Positions 17,157-26,186 of a stretch of 64,000 bases of DNA are shown in pieces. The notes under the pieces are model-generated. The model did not search any database, had not been told where the DNA came from, and saw only the letters and a list, made by a program, of their open reading frames with translations. A program made the position numbers and the translations under genes. The stretch covers positions 1 to 64,000 of IMG/VR virus record IMGVR_UViG_3300046694_000136. One strand, 5' to 3'. Each line of letters begins with the position of its first letter. Position 1 is the first letter of the stretch.

Positions 17157-18626
17157 ATGGCGAGTCCTCTCAAGTTCATTTCAACACTTGAATCCTCCAG
17201 CACCATTACGCTGGACCTTCCGTTTTCACCAGTATTCGATATGCTGAACACGGAAATCGTTTACGGGATCCACGGGGAAGCTCTTAACAACGGCGGGATC
17301 CCTCGTAACGAAGCTGTAACCGGTGGTAACAACACACAGAAAACTGGGGTGTGTGTTCTTTCTATCGCTCGCGTTCTGTACCGGGTCGATGGCAGTATCG
17401 CAATCGTTAACGACATCGAGGATAACTTTAAGGTTAGCAGGCTAGCCGATGCAGTTGACAAGGAATTCGGTATTCCTGGTTACTTCGAAGAACACATCAA
17501 CGGGAAACGCTTCTTCTACTTCTCGAAGAGCGATATCAAGAATCCGTGCGACGGTAACTTCGTTAAAGCTAAGTTCCGCGAGATCAATGCTGCTGTTCGT
17601 GAGCAGTTGGCAGCAGGTGAAGACATCTTCGTCAAGACTCCTGTTGTCGATGAAAAGAAACAACCGATCAAGATTATTGTTCCGATTCTTATTGTCACTG
17701 ACTCCATCTCCGAAATGCACTTCGGGAAAATCTCCCAGCACTTCCAGGAAGGCGATGTAGACGAGGGCGGCGAGAAGCGTACTCGTGACCTGTCCATCGG
17801 TAACGCCCGCCGTATCGTGCACGAGGACGCCGACGTTCTGGGTTCGGTTTGTGGTATCTACCAAATCTGGGTAGCTCAGATCACCGAGAAGATCAACCTG
17901 ACTGGTCGTCCGGAAGAGAAAGAGTCAGTGTTCATCCGTCCTGGTCGTAAACTGAAGGGTCCTCGCTCGCTGCTGCGTATCCCCCAGATCGCTCACGAGA
18001 TCATTAAAGGTAGTCTGCTCAAAGAAGGCAACGAGTGGCTCTACCCGAATCCGTTCGGTCGTGATGTGGAACTGAACTCGGATTCGAAAGAAGTACCGGA
18101 TCTGATGCACTACGCTAACCAGCCGTATCGTAACAAAGCTGGCATGTCCGGGATCATGTCGTTCTTCATCGGCAGTCAGTCCATGGGGATCCAGGAAGGC
18201 CTGACCATGTACCACGCCTTGAAGTCGTCGAAGTACTTCGGTTTGGACGGCAGCAAGATCAGCCACTGGTCCACTCTTTATCCTGAGTGCAAAGTGGGTC
18301 GTACCACTGTATGGGCGAAGACTTTGGAAGACCCTAAGTTCGTTCGCGCCCTGACCATTATCTACCACCTGTGGTTTATGCGGACCTTCTGGTTTAAGTT
18401 GCCGTTGCACTATCGTCTGACCCCTCAGGAATTGTACGACAAGATTAAAGCACGTGGATTGGACTGGAACGACATCCTCGAGAACACCGTGGACTACTGG
18501 TTTACCAACCCATCGATCAAGAAACACACAGTCACCACCTTTGAACTGGTGCGCATCGCCTTGGGCGAACGGGATCCTTACTGGATCAAAGACTACAAAG
18601 ATCCGGCTAAGAAAGCAGACAAATAA
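17157..18626 (+). CDS. uvsX: UvsX/RecA-like recombinase
   Basis: Walker A variant GGNNTQKTG; Walker B LIVTDS; size and position match the phiKZ-family UvsX-like gene. Confidence 0.75.
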   Translation: MASPLKFISTLESSSTITLDLPFSPVFDMLNTEIVYGIHGEALNNGGIPRNEAVTGGNNTQKTGVCVLSIARVLYRVDGSIAIVNDIEDNFKVSRLADAVDKEFGIPGYFEEHINGKRFFYFSKSDIKNPCDGNFVKAKFREINAAVREQLAAGEDIFVKTPVVDEKKQPIKIIVPILIVTDSISEMHFGKISQHFQEGDVDEGGEKRTRDLSIGNARRIVHEDADVLGSVCGIYQIWVAQITEKINLTGRPEEKESVFIRPGRKLKGPRSLLRIPQIAHEIIKGSLLKEGNEWLYPNPFGRDVELNSDSKEVPDLMHYANQPYRNKAGMSGIMSFFIGSQSMGIQEGLTMYHALKSSKYFGLDGSKISHWSTLYPECKVGRTTVWAKTLEDPKFVRALTIIYHLWFMRTFWFKLPLHYRLTPQELYDKIKARGLDWNDILENTVDYWFTNPSIKKHTVTTFELVRIALGERDPYWIKDYKDPAKKADK

Positions 18627-18689
18627 ACTTTATTTAGAGGAAGGGTGACGGAGGTTGCCCTTACCTTTAGCTTTATAAGGAATGTGGAC

Positions 18690-19091
18690 ATGATGGACCC
18701 CGCCGAGCAACGTATCAACATCCTGGTGGTTGTAGAAAGTAATTTTGTTAACCTGTGTGAAAAGCCACAGGACTACATCAACAATTTCAAAGACAAAGTT
18801 TCTGCTAAGAACGACAATAAAGCGTCGCTCTTCACGGTGTCCGGTAAGTACGGTCTGACCAACGTTGATAGTACCATTCCTGCTATTGAAGTCATGGACA
18901 AGAACAAAACGATGTTCCGCCAGATGCTGGAGAACTCGTCGACTATGTTTGACGCGGTAGTCGTCATTACTTCTGTTCCTAACGATCCGTATATCGAATC
19001 GGCGCGTGAAGTAGCGACCAACACCAACAAGACCTTCACCCAGTACGGTTACCCAAGGAAAGAGAAAAATGGCCAATCGCAAAGCTTTTGA
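18690..19091 (+). CDS. hypothetical protein (133 aa)
   Basis: AAGGA SD 8 nt before ATG 18690. Confidence 0.65.
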   Translation: MMDPAEQRINILVVVESNFVNLCEKPQDYINNFKDKVSAKNDNKASLFTVSGKYGLTNVDSTIPAIEVMDKNKTMFRQMLENSSTMFDAVVVITSVPNDPYIESAREVATNTNKTFTQYGYPRKEKNGQSQSF

Positions 19092-19749
19092 GAAGCTGGT
19101 GCTGGACCGGATGGCTCGGGTTACTGACGGTGGCGGTAACAAAGTCATTTACGAGCGCATCTTTAAAGAAGCGTCGAACGAAGACATCGAATCGATGGTG
19201 CAGTTCCTTGAGCGGGGTAACTCCCTACCTATCTGGTCTCCGGGTGGTATCAAGAAAGAAGAATTGCGTTACGAAAACCTGATGGCGCTGTGTGAACTCG
19301 ACAAGGTCAAGATCATGCAGCGGGTGATCTCGTACGACGAAGACACCAACATCATGTCGATGTCTCCCAACGAGGCTATCGTCGGCCGGTCTGAACTCCG
19401 GGCTCAGCGTCAGTTCTGGGCCAAGAAGTTCAACGCAGCGAAGAACGACTACAAGATCGACGACCTCACTGGTCAGGTTTCGATGGAGAGTCGTGCTACG
19501 GGCATCAGTATGCCGGAGATCACAGTACTCCGGGGTCTGGGTCTACCCACCATGGCGAACGAGCTGTACAACGTCAAGGGTGGCGACCAAGACGCACTGA
19601 AGGCTTACAAGAACGACCTACTGACTACCGGCAAGACCACAACGGATGGCAGCCTCCGTAAAGGTTCCGGTACCAAGGTACTGAGCACTGTTCACTTCCT
19701 GCTCCGCGGTCGTTTGATCGACAACAATATTCACAGTAAGGCTGCCTGA
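19069..19749 (+). CDS. virion RNA polymerase beta C-terminal subunit (phiKZ gp149-like)
   Basis: ISMPEITVLRGLGLPTMANELYNVKGGD aligns by eye with the RpoB C-terminal [28 protein letters not shown]. Confidence 0.8.
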   Translation: MANRKAFEKLVLDRMARVTDGGGNKVIYERIFKEASNEDIESMVQFLERGNSLPIWSPGGIKKEELRYENLMALCELDKVKIMQRVISYDEDTNIMSMSPNEAIVGRSELRAQRQFWAKKFNAAKNDYKIDDLTGQVSMESRATGISMPEITVLRGLGLPTMANELYNVKGGDQDALKAYKNDLLTTGKTTTDGSLRKGSGTKVLSTVHFLLRGRLIDNNIHSKAA

Positions 19750-19750
19750 T

Positions 19751-20233
19751 ATGTCAACGGTGAAAATGGAAAACCTGCGGGACCTGAAGGACGTCATCAC
19801 GGTGGTTTATGCCAGGATGATTACTGAGAACCCGATGCGCAGTGATCTGGCCTCTTACTTGGTGGACATGACCAAGAAGTCGTTGCTGACCTTTACCAGC
19901 GGCTACGTTGATTTCGAGAAGCTTATTGGCGGGGAAACCGACCTTTACGCTCACTGGATGAACACCCAGCTTCAAGTCATGACCCTGCTGGATGGTGATG
20001 ATGCGCTGCTGGTGCGTCACACTCGAACGGTGTACGAGACCTTGCTAGGAACCACTGGTGGTCCTGCGGCTGACGTGTTCCCTAAAGACTTTGATTATGC
20101 CAAAAAGAGAGAGCTTCCTAACCCTTCTCGAAGTGTGATGATTGCTTTGGCTTTCCGGGTCTTTCTGGATAACATCGAGATTGTCGCCGCTCCTCCAGGG
20201 ACTCCGAATCCTCCACCTCAACCTAAGGCCTGA
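19751..20233 (+). CDS. hypothetical protein (160 aa)
   Basis: Coupled to the previous stop; Pro-rich tail. Confidence 0.75.
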   Translation: MSTVKMENLRDLKDVITVVYARMITENPMRSDLASYLVDMTKKSLLTFTSGYVDFEKLIGGETDLYAHWMNTQLQVMTLLDGDDALLVRHTRTVYETLLGTTGGPAADVFPKDFDYAKKRELPNPSRSVMIALAFRVFLDNIEIVAAPPGTPNPPPQPKA

Positions 20234-20235
20234 AC

Positions 20236-21012
20236 ATGAACCGTATCATTCAGTGCTATACCGAGGTCGACTCCATCTACGATCCTCGTCGTGGCATTCA
20301 CCAGAAGTGGTTGGTTCGTGATCTGATCAACCCTAACGCTGACCAGTTGTCGGATGAAGAGTACGAAGCTTACGTAAAGATGTTGCGTTACGAAGGTGAT
20401 GCTCGCTGGGAGAAGTATGTCCAGACCAACTACAAAGAACGGCGGATGGACCGTTTCGAGTACCCGGGGTTAACCTTCGATCGGAAACAGTTCAGTGAGC
20501 TGTATAAAGAACGAAGCTTGGGTGATTTCAAGTTCGGGTACTACAAGACCAAGTTCACACAGAACTTCTTGAAGACCCTGATCGATCTAGAGCTGATGAC
20601 TGAAACGCCGAACATGTTCAGCAAGATCGTATTGCACGTCAACATCTACCCTTACGTAATGGATGAAGCCATGCGTCAGGATCTGGTGGACCACCTCCAG
20701 TTGCGCTTCGGGGGTAAGGTCGAGGTCAAGACGATCAACAGTCGCAGTACCAGCCATGATGTGGGGTTCTACAAACAGTTCGATTACGTGCTGAAGTACG
20801 ACCTGCTGATTGGTGAAGATAGCAAAACGTTGGCTGAAAGCGTCGGCAGTATTCCAATACCGGGGACTACATTTATTATCCCTGATATTTTAGTTAAAGA
20901 GTCCGACGAATTTACGGGAGAGATTGCTGATCGCATCTTCTCATCGACGCTGCAATTGGCGCCGGTGTTCAAGCTGATGCCTATCCATCACTCTTTCTAC
21001 GATTATGCGTAA
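20236..21012 (+). CDS. hypothetical protein (258 aa)
   Basis: Packed ORF with phage-like codon use. Confidence 0.8.
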   Translation: MNRIIQCYTEVDSIYDPRRGIHQKWLVRDLINPNADQLSDEEYEAYVKMLRYEGDARWEKYVQTNYKERRMDRFEYPGLTFDRKQFSELYKERSLGDFKFGYYKTKFTQNFLKTLIDLELMTETPNMFSKIVLHVNIYPYVMDEAMRQDLVDHLQLRFGGKVEVKTINSRSTSHDVGFYKQFDYVLKYDLLIGEDSKTLAESVGSIPIPGTTFIIPDILVKESDEFTGEIADRIFSSTLQLAPVFKLMPIHHSFYDYA

Positions 21013-21021
21013 TGGACTTAC

Positions 21022-21052
21022 TAACCAGGCAGGGGACTCCCCTGCCTGGTTA
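21022..21052. terminator. hairpin at a convergent junction
   Basis: TAACCAGGCAGGGGA-C-TCCCCTGCCTGGTTA inverted repeat. Confidence 0.8.
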
Positions 21053-21064
21053 TGTTTGCAATCG

Positions 21065-21589
21065 TCAAATTTTGTTGCCATCAAAGTCCAGTTGCTGGAT
21101 ACCTTGATCGAGCTCGTATTCGTTAATAGGGTTGAAGAAGACCTTATCACCCATGATCGGTTTGCTTGGATCGAGGATGTAATCACCGAAGTCGAACACT
21201 GGCATCTTGATACTGCCGTTGTTGATATTGGTGAGGGCTTCCATCATCTGGTTGAAGGTTATCGCGTTGTCTTCCTTCTCTTTCTTCTTAGCTCGTTCTT
21301 TACGGTCCTCACGGATCGTTCTTTCCAGAGCATCGATGATGGACTTCACGCTACCCAGCAGCTCACCGTTCTTCGGGTTGTCGAGGTAAGCACCCATGGC
21401 GTATTCCAACAGGAAGGCACGGTTCTTCTGAATCATCTTGACCATTTCGGTTTGGTCAATGTCTTCATCGTTCCCGACCATCACTGCACGCAGCTCCTCG
21501 ATAACGACTTTCATTTTGTCGGAATCGTAAGGATCTGCCTTCTTTGCTTCTTTTAGCTCTTTTGGTTTGTCGTTCGCAGGACTGTCCAT
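21065..21589 (-). CDS. hypothetical protein (174 aa, coiled coil)
   Basis: Phage-like codon use; ends at the convergent hairpin. Confidence 0.75.
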   Translation of the reverse strand: MDSPANDKPKELKEAKKADPYDSDKMKVVIEELRAVMVGNDEDIDQTEMVKMIQKNRAFLLEYAMGAYLDNPKNGELLGSVKSIIDALERTIREDRKERAKKKEKEDNAITFNQMMEALTNINNGSIKMPVFDFGDYILDPSKPIMGDKVFFNPINEYELDQGIQQLDFDGNKI

Positions 21590-21602
21590 TGGATTATAAA
21601 CC

Positions 21603-21610
21603 TATATTAC
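21603..21610 (+). promoter_or_regulatory. TATATTAC motif, possible early promoter
   Basis: Exact motif in a divergent intergenic gap, 33 nt before ATG 21643. Confidence 0.5.
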
Positions 21611-21642
21611 TTGGGTAGATTAGGATAAGGAGAGCTTTATCG

Positions 21643-22224
21643 ATGGGCCTAACACGTAAGCAAAAATATGGCATGCTAGGCACACTCCCCTTTGTTGGGA
21701 AGTACGTGCGCATGCAAGTGGATAAAGCAACACTCAAAGAACTGTTGTTGATCGAAAAGAAGTTTACTTCGTCGACAATAAGGTTTGATACGCTGATTCA
21801 CGATCTATACGATTGCCTCAAGGACCTAGAACGGCCCTTGCTGGTTAATCCGCATAAATTCCATAACTATGGGTGTCTTATCCATACTCGCAGCTCTAAA
21901 ACGATTGCAATCTACTTAGAGCGTATCTATAACAACGAAAATTTAAACATTGATACTTACTTCAGTGTGTACGCTAATTCAAAGCAAGTTGCTTTCTTGG
22001 ATTGGTTCAGCACTGAGGAAAGCGTAGAGCAGTTCGTAGATCAGATGATGGGTCTGCTGGTGTTGTCGTGTATACGGTTCAAGTGTGACGGTTATGAAAC
22101 TTTGGAAGCACCTAAGAGTAACGTAGCACTGGATCAATTGGTATCCAGTCGTTGGCTGAAACTGTTGGTTATGGACCTCATACAGGTTTTGGTCACGGTA
22201 CTCGAAGAGCGCATTGGAGGGTAG
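21643..22224 (+). CDS. hypothetical protein (193 aa)
   Basis: AAGGAG SD. Confidence 0.8.
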   Translation: MGLTRKQKYGMLGTLPFVGKYVRMQVDKATLKELLLIEKKFTSSTIRFDTLIHDLYDCLKDLERPLLVNPHKFHNYGCLIHTRSSKTIAIYLERIYNNENLNIDTYFSVYANSKQVAFLDWFSTEESVEQFVDQMMGLLVLSCIRFKCDGYETLEAPKSNVALDQLVSSRWLKLLVMDLIQVLVTVLEERIGG

Positions 22225-22680
22225 ATGGATAAAGGAGAACGCAAGCTTCGGTCAAGAGAGCTGAGCAGCATTTCTCAAAAGTTTATACCCGATGATTTAC
22301 TTAGAGATACTCCGGCTATACTTTTCCGAAAGATACTCCGTAAACTGGATATGGATCCACAAAAATGGGTTCGTTACTTAAGAGATTACCTAGATAGGGT
22401 TATTGATGAATCAGATCCCGCAGAGGCCAAGAAAGATCGCTTGACCAAAACGGGGAACATTAAAGATACCTACTTTCAAAAACCGGGACTGACGTTCAGT
22501 AAATTGTTGGAAGGCCTGACAATTGTACGGATGCGTTCAGTGAAGATCATCATTGAAGTTACAGACGAAGATGGTAATGTGCATGTAGTGGACGACACTG
22601 TTCGGCTTTTGAGTAAAGAGCAGATGAAGAACCCACCGCCCAAAGACCCATCCCCATCCACTGACCCGGGTTCAGATTGA
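22225..22680 (+). CDS. hypothetical protein (151 aa)
   Basis: GGAGG SD; abuts the previous stop. Confidence 0.8.
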   Translation: MDKGERKLRSRELSSISQKFIPDDLLRDTPAILFRKILRKLDMDPQKWVRYLRDYLDRVIDESDPAEAKKDRLTKTGNIKDTYFQKPGLTFSKLLEGLTIVRMRSVKIIIEVTDEDGNVHVVDDTVRLLSKEQMKNPPPKDPSPSTDPGSD

Positions 22681-22709
22681 TTGAACCTATAGCCCAGAAT
22701 AGCAATACG

Positions 22710-22752
22710 GAGTAGCTGGGTATACCCAGCTACTCTAGACTGTCTTTTTTTT
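22710..22752 (+). terminator. Rho-independent terminator
   Basis: Perfect palindrome GAGTAGCTGGGTATACCCAGCTACTC followed by a T tract. Confidence 0.8.
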
Positions 22753-22767
22753 TCGGAGATTTTGGAC

Positions 22768-23889
22768 ATGGCAGGTTTATTGGAAGGACTTGACCTAGGT
22801 AAAGACGTAAAGGCCTTTAAGACCAGTACCAACACTTCAATGCGTTCGGTGCGAGGCAGTACCCTTACGCCTATCAATACCACCACTGCACGTTTGGATG
22901 AAGGCGTTGCACTGGTTAACCCTAACGATACCACGCTTAAAGATCGGATCACCAACTACCGCGGTCAGTACATTGAGCAGCTGGACGGTGTAATCGGCGC
23001 TCTCTCTGGCGGGTTCCTGAATACCAAGGACATTACCAAGGCGATCAAAGTTGGTCGTGACGGTGTAGTGTTCGACACAAACAATATCCTTAGCGCTGTC
23101 AGTACTAAGCTGGGTTTCCCGGTGAGTAGTGAAGCAGGTGCTATGCGTAAGCTGGCGAGCGGACTCAATAAAGAGTTCAACCGCTTGACTGGCTTGAACA
23201 TCGATCAGCTCTTGACAGTTGACGGTGAAAAGATTCGTATGGACGGCAACTGGCGTGGGCAGATCGGCGAGAGCTTGCTGGACACGTTGGTGGATTACGC
23301 AGGGATCGATGAGTTCGTCGACGTATCGCTGAAGACCTCCCTGTACAACAACGTGATCTACAACAGCTCGATCTTTGGCATGGCTGACATGTACCAGAGC
23401 CTCTGGGATAACTACCCGTACGCGGCTACTCGTCAGGATGCGTTTATCGAAGCCATCAACATCATGATCAAGAAAGGCGACGTTATCAGCATCGATAAGG
23501 TCATGGGGATGTTGGATGAGCAGGGTAAGAACAGCCTGTTGAACAAGTACCCTGATTTCATTGAGAAGCTGTTCACTGGCTTTACCTTTGATCAGGGTGC
23601 CCTGCCTGAAGAATACCCGGCTTTGAAAGCCAAGCTCATTGCCATTCTGGAACGGGTAGCGGGTACTCGCTGGATGTATCGTGACACTCAGTTCGGTGAG
23701 GCTTATAACCTAGGTCTGGTTTCCTCTATCAGTCCTGACATGATCACCCTGTTGAGTCCAGTTACCGTTGAAGAAGCAACCAACGAGTACATTCCTCTGC
23801 TTGCCTGTAACGGGATGTTCAAAGAAGAAAGTGCGTTGGAAGTACTGGATAAATCTTTTGAGAATCCACCGATCGTTTTGATGGGATAA
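22768..23889 (+). CDS. putative virion (tail/baseplate) protein
   Basis: GGAG SD; lies next to the tail module; function assigned by context only. Confidence 0.6.
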   Translation: MAGLLEGLDLGKDVKAFKTSTNTSMRSVRGSTLTPINTTTARLDEGVALVNPNDTTLKDRITNYRGQYIEQLDGVIGALSGGFLNTKDITKAIKVGRDGVVFDTNNILSAVSTKLGFPVSSEAGAMRKLASGLNKEFNRLTGLNIDQLLTVDGEKIRMDGNWRGQIGESLLDTLVDYAGIDEFVDVSLKTSLYNNVIYNSSIFGMADMYQSLWDNYPYAATRQDAFIEAINIMIKKGDVISIDKVMGMLDEQGKNSLLNKYPDFIEKLFTGFTFDQGALPEEYPALKAKLIAILERVAGTRWMYRDTQFGEAYNLGLVSSISPDMITLLSPVTVEEATNEYIPLLACNGMFKEESALEVLDKSFENPPIVLMG

Positions 23890-23902
23890 CAAACCTTTAG
23901 TA

Positions 23903-23935
23903 AACCCTACCTAGCCTTATGGGCTAGGTAGGGTT
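23903..23935. terminator. hairpin at a convergent junction
   Basis: 14-bp stem AACCCTACCTAGCC-TTATG-GGCTAGGTAGGGTT, nearly identical to the hairpin at 7008. Confidence 0.85.
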
Positions 23936-23954
23936 ATTAATGCAACTTTATTTT

Positions 23955-26120
23955 TCAGCGTGCAAGAGGACGGATGAACAGACGAGACAAGTCACCGATC
24001 ACACTGTCGTTCAGCTTAGCTGCAATGTTGTCAGCACGGAAGCTCTGCTCAACACCCAAGATAGCTTGAGAGATCTGACGATTCAAACGAGCGTACTTCA
24101 GAACAGTGTCCAGGTAATCCAAACCGCCGATACGAGAAGCCATGTTAGTCCAAGGACTGTCATCGTTCAGGATGGTGTTAACAACTGCCGCCGGGTTGGT
24201 CAAATCCGCAATACCGATCGAACGGTCAATTGGAATGGTAACCAACGACTCCAAGTCTACCCAGTTAGCAGTAACCGACAAGTTCAATGGCTTACGGTCA
24301 CGTGTCCAACCAGCAGGACCTTCACCAAAGGTAAACTGCATGCTTTCACACATTGCAGTCCGCATGATCTGACGAGACTTGCAGAACACCCTGTGGTAGA
24401 AAGGTGTGGTGTAAGTGGAACCACCTGTGGTGAAACCAGCAACCATGGTTACCAAGATGGAGAACGGAACAAAGATCTTGGTAATGATCTCGAACGGGTG
24501 AGCGTAGTTGCAACGGAAGTTGAACTGGTAGCTTTCCCGGTGAAGACTAGCCGAAGACTCAGCCCAGTGGTTAGGGATCTTGACGTAAGCGTTACCCGCC
24601 AATGCCAGAGGAATGTTCCCGATCACTGTACCGGACAAGGCACCAATAGCACCTTCTTTGATCGTGTTGATAATCCCATCGATCAGAACGTTACCGATGT
24701 TACCGCCGGCTACGTCGAAACGGAAGTCGTTGGCAGAACGAACCAAGTTGTTGAACTTATCAGCCAATGGCGATGGAGCACTGCTGCTACTGAAGCTGTC
24801 AGTAACCGGACCACTACCACCTTCACAACGGATAGTAATGGCGTCCATACCACCATGTACCGCCGTGTTAACCAAGTCGAAGATGTCACCCATCCATGTA
24901 CGGTTGTCTGGGTTGTCCTCGTAATAGATCTGCTGACCCCCCGCCACGTTAGGATCTGCTCCGGTGGTAGTTCCGGGACGACCTTGTGTTTCATTGGGGT
25001 TAGTGCTCGTAGTGGGCTGAGTGAACTGGTTAGCGGCATCCATGCCGGCGTTACCGCCAGTCGTACCGCCACCTGCCCCCATTGAAGTACCTAGACCACC
25101 CAAGCCAGTTTCAGCGTTGTTGATGTTCTGGTAAGCTTTCTGGTCGAGGTAAGCACTGTCCTGCTCAACGTACAGGCCTTCATCATCACCGCGGTACTTA
25201 CCAACGGTGTTCATCTCTTTCTCGATGTAGTCCTGAGAAGGATTGCCAGAGATAACCCCTTGGTCAAAGGTTACTTCTTCAAGGATCTGTCTTGCTCGGT
25301 TAAGCTTCTGATCTACTGTCTGGATACTTGGGTCGTTATCCATCTCAGCCAAACGGTTCAGCAGTACCCGATGCTTACGAGCACCTTTACCCAAGAAGCG
25401 CATCAGGTCGAACGTACCATCACTGTTAAACGTATCAGGCGCCAGCTTGTTAAGACTAGCCACACTGTTAGCAGCGTTGTAATCAGGCTTGAGACCGTGC
25501 AGCGGGTCTGTCTGTTCCTGAGTGCGCTTAGGGAGCACTGGGTCGATATAACCCGACTTAACCATCAGGTCGTTCAGTACGCCTGTGGCCGCCATGGTAA
25601 ACGCACCCATCGCAGGCTTAGCAGTCCAGAACTGGTGACGAGGTGATTCAGCCAAGAAAGCAATAAACTGTGTACTGATACTAATCAACTGCATCGGCCA
25701 GAATGCAATGGAACCCAATGCCTGACCCATGTAGAACGCTGGCCCCGGTGCCCGACCTTTGTTAGCAATGATCGCAGCTGTCGGGGAGAACATATTCGTA
25801 ACGAAGCTGAGTACCCCTGCAAACTGAGCGGTACACGGAGTAATGGTTACCGTAGTAACGTTGTTCTCGAAGATCTCTTTGTACATGCCACCGAATGAAC
25901 CCTCTTCACTCACCATCAACCGTCCATAACGAGGATCAGTTGCGGGGTCCCATTGAGAAATGGGGTTGAAGTAACGGTTGTCGCCCATGGCACTACTGAA
26001 TACGTTGAAGTACTTATCCCAATCCAATATTTCCAAAATCTGGGTAGGTGCTACACCTCCCGTCAAAAGCCTGAAAGACTTTGTGACAATATCCCGGTCT
26101 CTCGTAGATACCTTCGCCAT
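23955..26120 (-). CDS. virion structural protein (phiKZ gp182-like by synteny)
   Basis: 721 aa, directly downstream of the giant tail protein. Confidence 0.6.
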   Translation of the reverse strand: MAKVSTRDRDIVTKSFRLLTGGVAPTQILEILDWDKYFNVFSSAMGDNRYFNPISQWDPATDPRYGRLMVSEEGSFGGMYKEIFENNVTTVTITPCTAQFAGVLSFVTNMFSPTAAIIANKGRAPGPAFYMGQALGSIAFWPMQLISISTQFIAFLAESPRHQFWTAKPAMGAFTMAATGVLNDLMVKSGYIDPVLPKRTQEQTDPLHGLKPDYNAANSVASLNKLAPDTFNSDGTFDLMRFLGKGARKHRVLLNRLAEMDNDPSIQTVDQKLNRARQILEEVTFDQGVISGNPSQDYIEKEMNTVGKYRGDDEGLYVEQDSAYLDQKAYQNINNAETGLGGLGTSMGAGGGTTGGNAGMDAANQFTQPTTSTNPNETQGRPGTTTGADPNVAGGQQIYYEDNPDNRTWMGDIFDLVNTAVHGGMDAITIRCEGGSGPVTDSFSSSSAPSPLADKFNNLVRSANDFRFDVAGGNIGNVLIDGIINTIKEGAIGALSGTVIGNIPLALAGNAYVKIPNHWAESSASLHRESYQFNFRCNYAHPFEIITKIFVPFSILVTMVAGFTTGGSTYTTPFYHRVFCKSRQIMRTAMCESMQFTFGEGPAGWTRDRKPLNLSVTANWVDLESLVTIPIDRSIGIADLTNPAAVVNTILNDDSPWTNMASRIGGLDYLDTVLKYARLNRQISQAILGVEQSFRADNIAAKLNDSVIGDLSRLFIRPLAR

Positions 26121-26149
26121 AAAAAGAAATCCTTCAGAATGAAAAAGAA

Positions 26150-26173
26150 AAGAGGGGACGTTACTCCCCTCTT
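26150..26173 (-). terminator. Rho-independent terminator after the tail protein gene
   Basis: 9-bp stem AAGAGGGGA/TCCCCTCTT with an A-rich flank (U tract on the minus strand). Confidence 0.7.
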
Positions 26174-26186
26174 AACACTTACAGCT

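Noticed and set aside
17300-17350. Non-canonical Walker A (GGNNTQKTG) read as a dead recombinase
   Set aside because: From memory, jumbo-phage UvsX-like proteins commonly lack the Gly before Lys; the Lys-Thr pair and Walker B are intact.
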